From Planctomycetota bacterium (GTDB taxonomy: Bacteria > Planctomycetota > Phycisphaerae > WQYP01): a DNA stretch of 64,000 bases. Below, one piece after another: positions 16,905-27,100 of the stretch (the first letter of the stretch is position 1; every line of letters starts with the position of its first letter). The stretch covers positions 2,329 to 66,328 of the forward strand of contig JAJZCR010000005.1 of the NCBI GenBank assembly GCA_021851715.1. Reading direction: 5' to 3'. The position numbers and the translations under genes are program-made. A model generated the notes under the pieces. It had not been told where the DNA came from and ran no database searches. It saw nothing but the letters and a program-made list of their open reading frames with translations.

Positions 16905-19900
16905 TCACGCCAGCAGCCGCTCCAGCAATACCAGCGGATGCTCCGCCGTGCGGCCCGTACCATCCAGAATCTGGTGTCGGCACGATGTGCCGGGGGCCAC
17001 AATCACCGCGCCCGGAACAGCTGCACGCACCGGGCCAAACAGCGATAATTCTCCAATTTTCATCGATAAATCGTAATGAGCCTGGGTATAACCGAAACTG
17101 CCGGCCATACCGCAACATCCGGAATCCAGTACAGTTAGTTTCTCCCGCAGTACGCGCCGCAGCATAGCAGTGCCGCTGGCAGGCCCTCCAAGCGCCTTCT
17201 GGTGGCAGTGCCCATGGTACACCACCGGCGGCAAGGTTGACGTTTCCGGCAGCCGAATCGGGCGGGGATGCTGATCCCAGAATTTATCCAGAAAATCTTC
17301 TGCGGCCATGGCTTTGTCCGCCACTGCCCTAGTTAATTTCGGATCGCCGGAGAGCTTCAGGCTTGGCCAGTCGTCTTGCACAGCACTCAGGCAGGAAGGC
17401 TCCAAAAATAAAATAGCCCGTACTTCTGCAGGAGATGCTGCACCCTGCGGAAACATGGCCTGGGCTAAAGCGCCGCGGGTTTTTTCGATGGTACTTTTCG
17501 CCTGGGCCAGCAGCCCCATGGACATCAAGGCCCGGCCGCAGCAGCCCACATCCGGCACCAGCACCTCATAACCCAGCCTCTCCAGCAGGCGTACCAGGGC
17601 CAAGCCGGGTTGCGGTTCGTTGAACGCGGTGAAACAATCAGCAAAGACGATCACACGCGGCCGCGTGCCCGGCACCTGGGGCGTGTTGCGAGGCTGCATC
17701 TGTTCGGCACTTTGGGCTCCGCCTGCGGCCGCGTCAACCACTGGCAGGCGAGCCTGTGTGCCACCCAACATTGCCGCAAGCTGGAGAAAAATAGACGGCG
17801 AGAATTCCGGCAATCGCCGCCGTGGAGACAGTTTAAGCATTCGGGCGATGATACCCTGCGCCGGCCCCCATCGAAGCAGCGCATTGGCCTGCTGATGAAA
17901 CCTGGAACCCCAGCGATTCAGCCGGTCAATGTTTCCAAAAAGACGCGCCGCCAGCGGTACGTGATGCCAGTGCCGGTAGGACTGGGCCAAATATTCTGCC
18001 TTGAGCCGGGCCACATCTACACTGCTTGGACATTCGGCCTTACAGGCCTTGCAGGAAAGACACAAATCCAGTGTTGCCAAGGTCTGCGCATCGCCAAGCC
18101 GAGGCGTTCCGCCATCCGTTAAAAAAGCCGCGCGCAAGGCATTGGCCCGACCGCGGGGCGAATGCCTTTCATCCAGGGTAGCCCGGTAAGAAGGACACAT
18201 GGCGCCGCCGGAAATCTTCCGGCAAAATCCCGATCCATTGCACATCTCCACCGCCCCGCGAAAACCCTCCTGCGCGTGGTAATCAAAAAACGTTTCCAGC
18301 GTATCGACCGCCCTGGACGGCGCTGTGGCCTGCGGTCTGGCCGTGCCAATTCGCAGATTTTCCGTCAAGGTCGCCAGCGAACCGGTATTGACAATCATGC
18401 CCGGGTTGAGAATCCCGACCGGATCAAAAATCTCTTTGATCTGCCGGAACGCCGTCATTAACTCTTCGCCGTAGAACCTTTCCAGCAGCGGTCCGCGCAC
18501 CCGCCCATCGCCGTGCTCGCCGGACATCACGCCACCGCAGGCCCGGGCCAAATCAGCGATTTCCACGGCTATGTCACGCATGGCCTGGCGATCCGCCGCC
18601 TCGTGCAGATCCAGCAGCGGTCGCACGTGCAGCACACCCACCGACGCATGGGCGTAGAACGCCGCGGTGGTACCATGACTTTGTACAATGCGGTTGAATT
18701 CCCGCACAAACCTGGGCAATTCGGACACGGGAACCGCATTGTCTTCCACGAATGTTACCGGCTTGCGGAAACTGGATACACCGTGCAGCAGTGCCTCGCT
18801 GGATTTCCGCAGGGTCCATGCCTCGGCCATCGCCGGCGTGCTGGTCAATATTTTCATCGGCTGCGCAGGCAGCAGGCTCTGCAGCCGGGCCAGCGAGTTG
18901 GCGACTTCATCTGCTCCCTGAGCCGACTGATATTCCACGTATAACACCGCCTGCGGCAATCGTCCGGACCACTGGGGCAGCATTTCCACATAGCCCCGGC
19001 ACAGCGTGTTCTGCCCTGCCGCCTGCAGTACCACATCATCCAGCAATTCCACCGCAGATGGTGCGGTGGCTAAAATCGGCTCCACAGCATCAATGGCCGC
19101 CGTGAGCGTTTCAAATGCCACGATGGCCAGACCGCTGGCCACCGGACGTGGATGCAGCTTCAGCCGGGCCGCCACCACCATGGCCAGGCTTCCCTCGCTA
19201 CCGCAGATCAGTCCGGAGAGATCCAGATCAGGTATGGGAACATTGCTATCGAGTTGGCGCAGCACCCCATCCAGAGCGTAGCCAGCGTTGCGCCGCACCA
19301 AGCGGGGAAATCGTGCGCGTATATCTGCGGCATTTTTTCCCACCACCACGGCCACCTGCTGGGCCAGGCGCAATGCCGTGGGATCCATCCGGCCTGCGCC
19401 AGCCTGCAGCCAGAATCTTTCCCCGGAACTAAGCAGCACTTCCACTCCCGCCACGTTCTCGCTGGTACGGCCGTAACGGATGGACCTGGCACCGGCGGCA
19501 TTGTTACCGATGCAGCCACCAATGGCGGCCTGGGCGATAGTGGCCGGATCGGGCGCGAAAAATTGCGTCAAACCGCGACCGGCTAATTCAGCATTAAGCG
19601 CTTCAATGGTCAGGCCGGGTTCCACCGTGCACGTCTCGCCGCGGGGGTCTACCGCCAGCAGCCGCCGACAACCGGCCGAAAAGTCTATGACCACCGCGTG
19701 ATTGGTGCACTGACCCGCCAGGCTGGTCCCGCCGCCACGCGGCAGTACCGGCAACCGATGCTGGGCGCAATAGGCCAAGGCTCGCCGGGCTTGATCGGGG
19801 GAATTGGGCATCACCACGCCAATGGGCTGAACCTGATAAGCCGATGCATCTGTCGCCCACAGGGTTCTATCATGGGCGCTAAATCGCACGGCCCCCACGT

Positions 19901-20000
19901 CCAGATGCAGCAGATCGTCCGCTATATGTTGATAAAAGTCCTCCCCCCCGCTGGAATTGGGCGGTTGGCCCAAAAGAGGTAAACTTTTTTTCCCGGCCAT
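16905..20000 (-). CDS. FAD-linked oxidase fused to Fe-S/CCG domains (YdiJ / GlcD-GlcF fusion type 2-hydroxyacid dehydrogenase)
   Basis: 1031 aa. N-terminal FAD_binding_4 ('PVLPRGGGTSLAGQ'). Central 4Fe-4S motifs ('CNGSGFCRK', 'CLSCKACKAECPS'). C-terminal CCG repeats ('DCFTAF', 'CCGMAGSFGY'). Confidence 0.85.
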   Translation of the reverse strand: MAGKKSLPLLGQPPNSSGGEDFYQHIADDLLHLDVGAVRFSAHDRTLWATDASAYQVQPIGVVMPNSPDQARRALAYCAQHRLPVLPRGGGTSLAGQCTNHAVVIDFSAGCRRLLAVDPRGETCTVEPGLTIEALNAELAGRGLTQFFAPDPATIAQAAIGGCIGNNAAGARSIRYGRTSENVAGVEVLLSSGERFWLQAGAGRMDPTALRLAQQVAVVVGKNAADIRARFPRLVRRNAGYALDGVLRQLDSNVPIPDLDLSGLICGSEGSLAMVVAARLKLHPRPVASGLAIVAFETLTAAIDAVEPILATAPSAVELLDDVVLQAAGQNTLCRGYVEMLPQWSGRLPQAVLYVEYQSAQGADEVANSLARLQSLLPAQPMKILTSTPAMAEAWTLRKSSEALLHGVSSFRKPVTFVEDNAVPVSELPRFVREFNRIVQSHGTTAAFYAHASVGVLHVRPLLDLHEAADRQAMRDIAVEIADLARACGGVMSGEHGDGRVRGPLLERFYGEELMTAFRQIKEIFDPVGILNPGMIVNTGSLATLTENLRIGTARPQATAPSRAVDTLETFFDYHAQEGFRGAVEMCNGSGFCRKISGGAMCPSYRATLDERHSPRGRANALRAAFLTDGGTPRLGDAQTLATLDLCLSCKACKAECPSSVDVARLKAEYLAQSYRHWHHVPLAARLFGNIDRLNRWGSRFHQQANALLRWGPAQGIIARMLKLSPRRRLPEFSPSIFLQLAAMLGGTQARLPVVDAAAGGAQSAEQMQPRNTPQVPGTRPRVIVFADCFTAFNEPQPGLALVRLLERLGYEVLVPDVGCCGRALMSMGLLAQAKSTIEKTRGALAQAMFPQGAASPAEVRAILFLEPSCLSAVQDDWPSLKLSGDPKLTRAVADKAMAAEDFLDKFWDQHPRPIRLPETSTLPPVVYHGHCHQKALGGPASGTAMLRRVLREKLTVLDSGCCGMAGSFGYTQAHYDLSMKIGELSLFGPVRAAVPGAVIVAPGTSCRHQILDGTGRTAEHPLVLLERLLA

Positions 20001-20023
20001 GAGGAAACTCCCGAAGAAACGCG

Positions 20024-21637
20024 TTATGGCTCCCGTAAGATGCGGATCGCATCGAGCAGTGCATTATCCCGCTGACTGGCAAAACGCAGCACCACATGCC
20101 CCTTAGCATCCGCCCGAACCGTAAAGATCCGTTCAATCGCGCGGTTCGGTCCACCAGCCGCGGCATCAATGTCAAAATCATTGAGTACCTGCCGATTGTT
20201 GATGAATACGGCAAACAGCCGCTGGCCCGGCACTTTCCAGTAATTTTCCGCAAAAAACAATTCGACCGCATACCGTCCATGCGGTTTCAGACCTGGTATG
20301 AGGTATGTGAAATTTCCGAAACGATTGCTCTGAAATACCTTTTCCGGCACATCAGCAGGAACTTGCGACATATTCACGGGGCGGGTTTTGGTTTTGCCGG
20401 TAGCATTCAGGCAATCTTGATCCGCCGAAAACGCGCCCTGCGCAGCGCCGCCGACATTGATTGCCCGCACAACCCGGGCATTTTTCAAAAATCCGGAAAC
20501 CATCCGCGGGTTTTGGTTCGCAGCAAGGGTGTTTATTACTACCGGTTTGGTCCACCGGGATTTATCGCGCCCCGCGGTGGCACGTACCCGATAAAACCAG
20601 CGCTGCTTAATACCCAGACTCCGATCCACAAAATCAGTGGTATTGGCGGTAAATTTTCGGGTTTCGGCGATCCTGGAAAAAGCCGGAGAACCGCTGCGTT
20701 GCACCACAAAACCCCTCTGATCAAAGGCCGAATCATTCCATCTTACCAGCACCTTTCCCGCCCCCAGGGCCACAGGTGTGGACATGGTGGGGGTGTGAAT
20801 TTTCCAGAGAAATACCTTGATCCAATCCACGAGCATGGTTTGGGGAAACCTGGCCGTGGCCTGGGTGGTTCCACCATAAGCGCCCCCTTCGGCCAAATTT
20901 AAAATAATGTAAAACGGATGGTTAAAAACCCATCCGCCGCGGTTTTGATCCAATGGCGTAAACGTGGCATAGATATGGCCATCACATTCAAAACGGATCG
21001 ACCCGGGGCTCCAATAACATCCGAAGGTATGATACCTTTTCCAGAAGCGGTGCCCTTTGGCCAGCAAATAAACACCTCCCGCCCCCACGCCATCCGGACC
21101 ATGAATGGTGCCGGTGATTTGCCGCGGACGATTACCGCTGTACTCCATGATGTCGATTTCTCCGCAATGCGGCCAGCCCACCTTGGGAAAATTGGTACCC
21201 AGCAGCCAGAAAGCCGGCCACGCGCCGGAACCGGCTTGGTGCGGCCCTCCGGGCACTTTGATCCGGGCCTCGAAAAATCCGTATTTCATCCTCCCCGCCG
21301 GATCGATATGCGTGTTAATGCGCCCCGAAATGTACGCCCCAGGTTTGCCCGGGTAGTGCCGCACGCAAATGGCCAGCGCCCGCCCCCCTGTGGCTCCTCG
21401 GGAAGCCACGATATGCAGCGACTGCTTGCCATCTGAATAATAGGTCGGACAATTCGGATCCCAACCACGATCATAGAACCAATGATGAGGCTCAGGCTGG
21501 CCGCCTACGGGTCCGGTGAACTTCCATTCATAGAACGGTTGGGCTGGAGCCGGGGGCGCGGCAACCACGACATTGGCGGTCCATACTGCAGCGACCAACG
21601 AGATGGCCACGCCATATCGAAAGAGTATACGGACCAT
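20024..21637 (-). CDS. Secreted GH16 beta-glucanase, Fn3 and malectin domains in series
   Basis: Signal peptide 'MVRILFRYGVAISLVAAVWTANVVVAAP'. GH16 catalytic 'GEIDIMEY'. An Fn3-like middle region ('VLVRWNDSAFDQRGFVVQRS..FYRVRA'). A C-terminal malectin-like region ('AINVGG..FSADQ..GRYAVELFFAENYW..GQRLFAVFIN'). Confidence 0.8.
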   Translation of the reverse strand: MVRILFRYGVAISLVAAVWTANVVVAAPPAPAQPFYEWKFTGPVGGQPEPHHWFYDRGWDPNCPTYYSDGKQSLHIVASRGATGGRALAICVRHYPGKPGAYISGRINTHIDPAGRMKYGFFEARIKVPGGPHQAGSGAWPAFWLLGTNFPKVGWPHCGEIDIMEYSGNRPRQITGTIHGPDGVGAGGVYLLAKGHRFWKRYHTFGCYWSPGSIRFECDGHIYATFTPLDQNRGGWVFNHPFYIILNLAEGGAYGGTTQATARFPQTMLVDWIKVFLWKIHTPTMSTPVALGAGKVLVRWNDSAFDQRGFVVQRSGSPAFSRIAETRKFTANTTDFVDRSLGIKQRWFYRVRATAGRDKSRWTKPVVINTLAANQNPRMVSGFLKNARVVRAINVGGAAQGAFSADQDCLNATGKTKTRPVNMSQVPADVPEKVFQSNRFGNFTYLIPGLKPHGRYAVELFFAENYWKVPGQRLFAVFINNRQVLNDFDIDAAAGGPNRAIERIFTVRADAKGHVVLRFASQRDNALLDAIRILREP

Positions 21638-21780
21638 ACGCCATAGCCTTCATCTATAAGCGTCGCCAAGCTACCGCTGCGGATATTCTGCTGACAACTT
21701 ACCAGGACCGTACATGACAGCGACAAGAGCCACCGCCATGCATCTGCGGGTGTTCACGTTTGCCAAAACGATGCGGAGGT

Positions 21781-24021
21781 TTACGCCCCCGGCAGACGTT
21801 TTTCCGCCGATACAGTCGACGTAGCGACCGTTTGTCCGGCCGCGTATTCAAAGAACGTACGGTAATTCTGGCGGAAATAACCGGAACCCCAGGCTTGGGC
21901 TGCATTAAGCACAATCCCCAGGAAATTAGCATTCACTTGCCGCAGTTGATCCTGAATACGGGAAACGGTTCCGCGTGTTACCACCCCGGCCCTTAAGACG
22001 GCAATCACACCATCCACACGCGATGCCAGATTAACCGAGTCGGAAACAAACGTCAGTGGTGCGCCGTCAAAAATCACTACGTCGTAGCGGGATTCAAGAT
22101 CGGTAAGCACCTCATGGAAACCGCGGTGCTCACTGAGTTCGCGCGGTACCTTCACGGCAGTACCAGCCCCCATCAGGTGCAGATTAGGCAGATCCGGATG
22201 GGCCACAATCACTTGGTCCATGCTGGCCTGTTTGTTTAACAGATCAGTCAAGCCCAGGGCGGACAGGTTCGGATAAATCGTTCTTAGAATGGGACGGTAG
22301 AAGTTCACCTCCACCAGAAGCACACGCAAGTCACTTAGCGCCATGCCATTGGCCAAGTTACTGGCCACAGTACTGGCTCCGCCGCCCGGCGAAAAGCTTG
22401 CTACCAAGATGCTGCGCAAGGGTTGTCCCGGTGAAACTGCCGCCAGCCTCCCGCGAATTTGGCGGAAGGCTTCGGCCGTCATGGATGCCGGCGATGTCCG
22501 AACGCTGGTCATTGGATTTCCGCTTAAAAGCGTATCGTCGGCATGATCCGGCACAAACCCCAACATTGGCATGTGCAGCAAGGCAGTGATGTCTCTTGGG
22601 GTGCGCACACGGGTATTGGTAAACTCCACCAGATACGCCAGCCCCACGGAAAGCGCCACCCCAATCACCATACCCACAATTAAAAAGTGCGGCAGAATTG
22701 GGAAAGAACGCTTATTCGGAACCGCAGCCACTTCAAACAGCCGCACACGCGAAGCATCGGCGGAGCGGCGCAAGTTCATGATGGTGGCTTTCTGGGTCAG
22801 CGTATCGAGCAGCTTTTGCTGATTGTGCAAAGTCTGAAGCATATTCTGGTACTTGGCCACGGCCGCATCCAAGTCGCCGACCAACCGCTGTTCCACATCG
22901 CGGCGACGCCGGGTATCCACTTCCGTGGCCTGGGCGTCGAGCATCTCGGCTTTGGCATGCTCCAGCATCTGCAGCCGGGCATGCACCTCCAATTTGCTTT
23001 TGACGCGCTGAATCTGTCCTTCCATGGTCGCAATCTGAATCTGCAGCACCACGGTCGAACGGTTATTGGGACCAAGTGTCATCTTGGAAACTTGGTACTG
23101 CTGCTTGAGATTTAAGAGCGAAGACTGCAGTGCAGAAAGCTTGGGATCGGTGTCGATGGTTTGTTCCATCTTCGGACTGAGCTTAAGTGTGTTGTTTTTG
23201 ACCTGTTCGCGAATGCCTTCGTAATCCTGCTTGAGCTGGCTGGCGGAGATTTCTGACCGGATCAGCAGGGCGTTGAGCGCCGCGAGAGTTTCCGCCTGCA
23301 CCGAATGTTGATCCACTAAGCCCGGAATATCGTGAGCAACCCGATAGGTTTCCACATTTTGCTGCATGGACGTAACTTGGGCCTGCACTTTCTGCTGGGC
23401 CCGGGTGATCAACTGCGCCTGTTCCGAAAGGGTTTGCTTTTCCTGATTCTGCAGCACCTGCAAATAGACTGACCCAATCGCGTGAACTAATTGGGCAACT
23501 TCATTCCGATCGTGCCAGGATATGGAAATAGCAAATAGCGCCGACCTTCTGATGGGCTCAACGCTCACATCCCTTTCCAAATCCTGCACCGGATGAGCCG
23601 GATGACTTTCCAACCAGTCGCTCTTCATCGCCAAGTTGTTGGGATAGCGATAATTCTGCTGAAAAGCACTAGTCTGGATCGCCGGCCCCAGCACCGCCGG
23701 ACTATGTATTAATACCGCCTGCCGGTTGATAAACTGTGTCACTTCCGCGTTAACGATGGCATTGGCGGATCCGAAAGCCTGTGCCAGCGGACTGTTGTTG
23801 GATGGCAATACCTGAAAATATTCCTTCGCTGTATACCGGGAATCATACTTGTCAAATGCCAGAAACAGCCCAAAGCTTATCACCAGGCCCAATGCCGTCC
23901 CGATGACAATAAGCCAGCGGTGACGTTTAAGCACATAGCCTATTTTGGGTGTGGAACTGCTCGGCGGAGGCGCAAAATCCATGGGTGCCGGTGGTATCGC
24001 CAAGGCCGTTGATTGACTCAT
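21781..24021 (-). CDS. Wzz/GumC chain-length determinant fused to a degenerate BY-kinase-like domain (Wzc/EpsG-like polysaccharide co-polymerase)
   Basis: Two TM helices flank a long coiled-coil periplasmic domain. The C-terminal P-loop region reads 'SFSPGGGASTVASNLA' (no Lys). Walker A' is 'VLLVEVNFYRP', Walker B is 'YDVVIFDGAP', and the tail is the Tyr-containing 'GYFRQNYRTFFEY'. Confidence 0.8.
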   Translation of the reverse strand: MSQSTALAIPPAPMDFAPPPSSSTPKIGYVLKRHRWLIVIGTALGLVISFGLFLAFDKYDSRYTAKEYFQVLPSNNSPLAQAFGSANAIVNAEVTQFINRQAVLIHSPAVLGPAIQTSAFQQNYRYPNNLAMKSDWLESHPAHPVQDLERDVSVEPIRRSALFAISISWHDRNEVAQLVHAIGSVYLQVLQNQEKQTLSEQAQLITRAQQKVQAQVTSMQQNVETYRVAHDIPGLVDQHSVQAETLAALNALLIRSEISASQLKQDYEGIREQVKNNTLKLSPKMEQTIDTDPKLSALQSSLLNLKQQYQVSKMTLGPNNRSTVVLQIQIATMEGQIQRVKSKLEVHARLQMLEHAKAEMLDAQATEVDTRRRRDVEQRLVGDLDAAVAKYQNMLQTLHNQQKLLDTLTQKATIMNLRRSADASRVRLFEVAAVPNKRSFPILPHFLIVGMVIGVALSVGLAYLVEFTNTRVRTPRDITALLHMPMLGFVPDHADDTLLSGNPMTSVRTSPASMTAEAFRQIRGRLAAVSPGQPLRSILVASFSPGGGASTVASNLANGMALSDLRVLLVEVNFYRPILRTIYPNLSALGLTDLLNKQASMDQVIVAHPDLPNLHLMGAGTAVKVPRELSEHRGFHEVLTDLESRYDVVIFDGAPLTFVSDSVNLASRVDGVIAVLRAGVVTRGTVSRIQDQLRQVNANFLGIVLNAAQAWGSGYFRQNYRTFFEYAAGQTVATSTVSAEKRLPGA

Positions 24022-24105
24022 AAGATTCCCCGTTCGTCAAAACCCACGTTCTCGTATGTTTCGGGCTGTTCCGAAACGTACTATAACCAGTAGAATGATA
24101 TCGGT

Positions 24106-27100
24106 CTATCCATCCAATTTGCTTAACAACGCTTGAGCGCGTTTCAGCCCGCTTTGATGCTGTTGTTGTGCGTATTTTATCGCATCTTGCAAATATTTCT
24201 TCGCACCGGCTATGTTATTTTCCTTCACCAGCACGTTGGCCAAATGATAATAAGCGGTGGCCAAATGTCCATGCTTAACCGCCCGGGTAAGCGCTTTATA
24301 AGCCCCGGTGGTATCGCCGTTTAAGAACCGCACCCACCCCAGCGTATCAAGAATATTGGGATCGACGGCGTAGCTGACGCGATTCTCAGCGGCAGCGGCA
24401 ATCGCGTTGGCCCGTTCGATCAAAGGCATTGCCTCCAGGGCCTGGTTCAAATGAACCGCCAGCACATACGCCAGGTTATTCAGCGTATTGGCATCGGTAG
24501 GATCAAGTTTGAGAACCTGCTTATAGTACATGGCCGCAGTACGATAATCCTGCGCACCGTACGCCGCCACCGCGGCAATTCGCAAGGCCGTGATCTGCAC
24601 AAAACCGACAGGATTGGTGCCAAGCACTTGCTGCGCTTCGTGTAGCGCCCCGGCATGATTTCCCACCGCAAGCTGCGCCTGCGACAGGCTCAACATAAGC
24701 CCTGGATCATTTTTATGCGATGCCAGCAGATTTTTCAGCGACTGCTCCACCGCCGAAATACCGGCCACAGCCTTGTACTTATCACTCACGGCCAGCAGAG
24801 CCTCTGGTGATTTGATGGAAAGCTCTAAAGCGTGACTAAAATCAGCGCTGGCTTTGGGCACCTGGTGCATAGCCCCCAGGGCCATGCCGCGCACGGTATA
24901 AAGTCCGGGATTATTAGGATCCAGGGCAATAGCGACGGTCGCAACTTTTTCCGCACGCTGGTACGCCTTGGCCTGCATCAACAGCGTCAAATAGGCCGGT
25001 GTGGTTTGCAGGCTTTGGCCGGCCTTTTTATAAGCCGCAGTCGCCACCGCTACCGCCGTGGCGCGATCGCCGCGCATTAACGCCAGGTCCGCCCGCATCA
25101 ATTGCCAGTTAAATGAACTCGGAAATGCCCGAATGGAGTCATCCACCAGCCGCGAGAGCAGGCTCACCGGATCGATGGTTCTCAGAGTTCCGGCCAGGGT
25201 GCTTTGGTCCGTGCTGGGCGTGGCCATGTACATGTGGCTAAGGGCAAAAAGCAGGGTCGCATAATCCATCCGCACCTGGTTGTCGTGCGGATCAAGTTTC
25301 ACAATCGATTGATATTCATGCACCGCCTGTGCGTAATGTTTCGTGCGCTCCAGCAGCTTCGCCAGATTCACTCGAGCCGCCATATCACCGGGTGCCTTGG
25401 CTATCACCACCTGCAGATCGCTGATCGCCTGGGCCAGATCTCCCTGGGGCATCATCGAAAGCAAAACCGCCTGGTTGTACAGGGCTTGAATATCACCCGG
25501 ATTGGCCGCCAATGCCCGATCCACAGCCTTTTCTGCCAAGTCCAGCTTCTTTTCCATCAGGTATCCCAACGCCTCCAACGTCAGGCCCGCCTCATCATGC
25601 GGATTTTTCACAAGAATTTTGCTTTGCAGCAACGACAACCCATGCTTCACGTGCCCCGCGCGAATCAGCGTTTGAATGTATTCCAACAGCACCGGACGAC
25701 TCAGAGGTTTGGCTTTGTAAAGGGAAGTCAAATACTTTAAAGCCTGTTTATAGTGCCCCAGGGCGTTAAGCATGGCCGCCATCTGTGTTTGCACCCGGTA
25801 GATGCCGGCGGGTTGTTTGCGGGCTGCAGACGTATACATCTGCGCCGCTTGTGCATAGTCCCCGCGTGTGCGATAGAAATCTCCCATCATCAGGCGCCCC
25901 AGATAGGCCGTTTTGGCATCCGGACTTTCCGCCAGATGACTGAAAATGCTTTCCGCCGCTGCCGGCTTCTTATCCAACTCGTACAACTGCGCCAACCCCG
26001 TCGCCAACACCAGATTTTTCTGGTGCTGAGCGTAGGCCGCTTTCAGCATGGCAATGCCGGCGGAATACCGCTTCGCTCGACCGTACAGGAACGCCAATCT
26101 TTGTATGTTGTGCAGATCACCGGGATCACTTTTATACACGGCCAGCCGCCGACGAATAGCCGGCCCCACCGACCCGTAAAGATCCTGCAGGTCGCGCCGC
26201 CACTGCCGCAGTTGCGTATCCAAGGTGTTATAGACCAGCCCCTGGTCAATTAAACGCGAGGCTCGGGCAACGCTGTCCGGAGTCTGTTGACTCATATAGT
26301 ATTGCACCAGCGGCTTGAGCGCCGCCATGTCGTCGGGCTTTTGATGCAAAGCCAGTTTCAAGGCCGCGATACCGGCTTCGATGTTGCCGGATTTCAGCAA
26401 AGCAGCTCCGTAATAGGTACGCACCACGGCACTCTGCGGATTTAAAGCCAAGGCGGCCTTCAGCGTCTGGACCGCGCTGGCGACGTCACCTTCTCCCATT
26501 TCCAGGCGCCCGCGGTACAAGGCCCCTTTCACACCGTCCAGATTCAGCGAACCCGCCAGACCCGCCACATCGGAGGCCTTTTTATAATCTTTCTGCAGCA
26601 TCGCCAACTCAAACTCGCGCTCCACCACCGCCGTATCATGCGGGCTGATGGCCGCAGCAGCAGCCACGGCTACCCCCGCGTGCTTGACCTTGTTTTGCTG
26701 CAAATAGAAAGTGGCCAGCATCAAGTTCCGCTGCAACGCATCCGGCAGGGTCTTAATGGCCGCCAATTGCGCCGCCACGGCCGATTCTCCCGGCAGGCTG
26801 ATGGACGCCAGATCGCTGTCCACCGAACGCAGCTTCACCACCGGAGATTTCCCCGCGCGCAGCGCAGAATTAAGCAGCAGAAATTGCAAATTGTTCGGTA
26901 CCGCCTTCACGGCGGCGGCCACCAGGGCCTTGACTGCGGACACACGGTGTAATTTCATCAGTGCCACATAGGCGATAATAACCACGCGGCTGTCGCCGGG
27001 AGACTTTTTCACCCATGGTTTGACGATATGCCAGGCCCTTAAATAATCGCCCTGCCGCAATGCCACCCGGGCACGCAGTACCGACAGCGACAAATTGCCG

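Noticed and set aside
16901-16907. The convergent crtC-like and ydiJ-like genes end 1 nt apart (TAG-t-TCA), leaving no room for terminators.
   Set aside because: This is real, but it is common in compact genomes. On its own it does not indicate a functional antisense mechanism.
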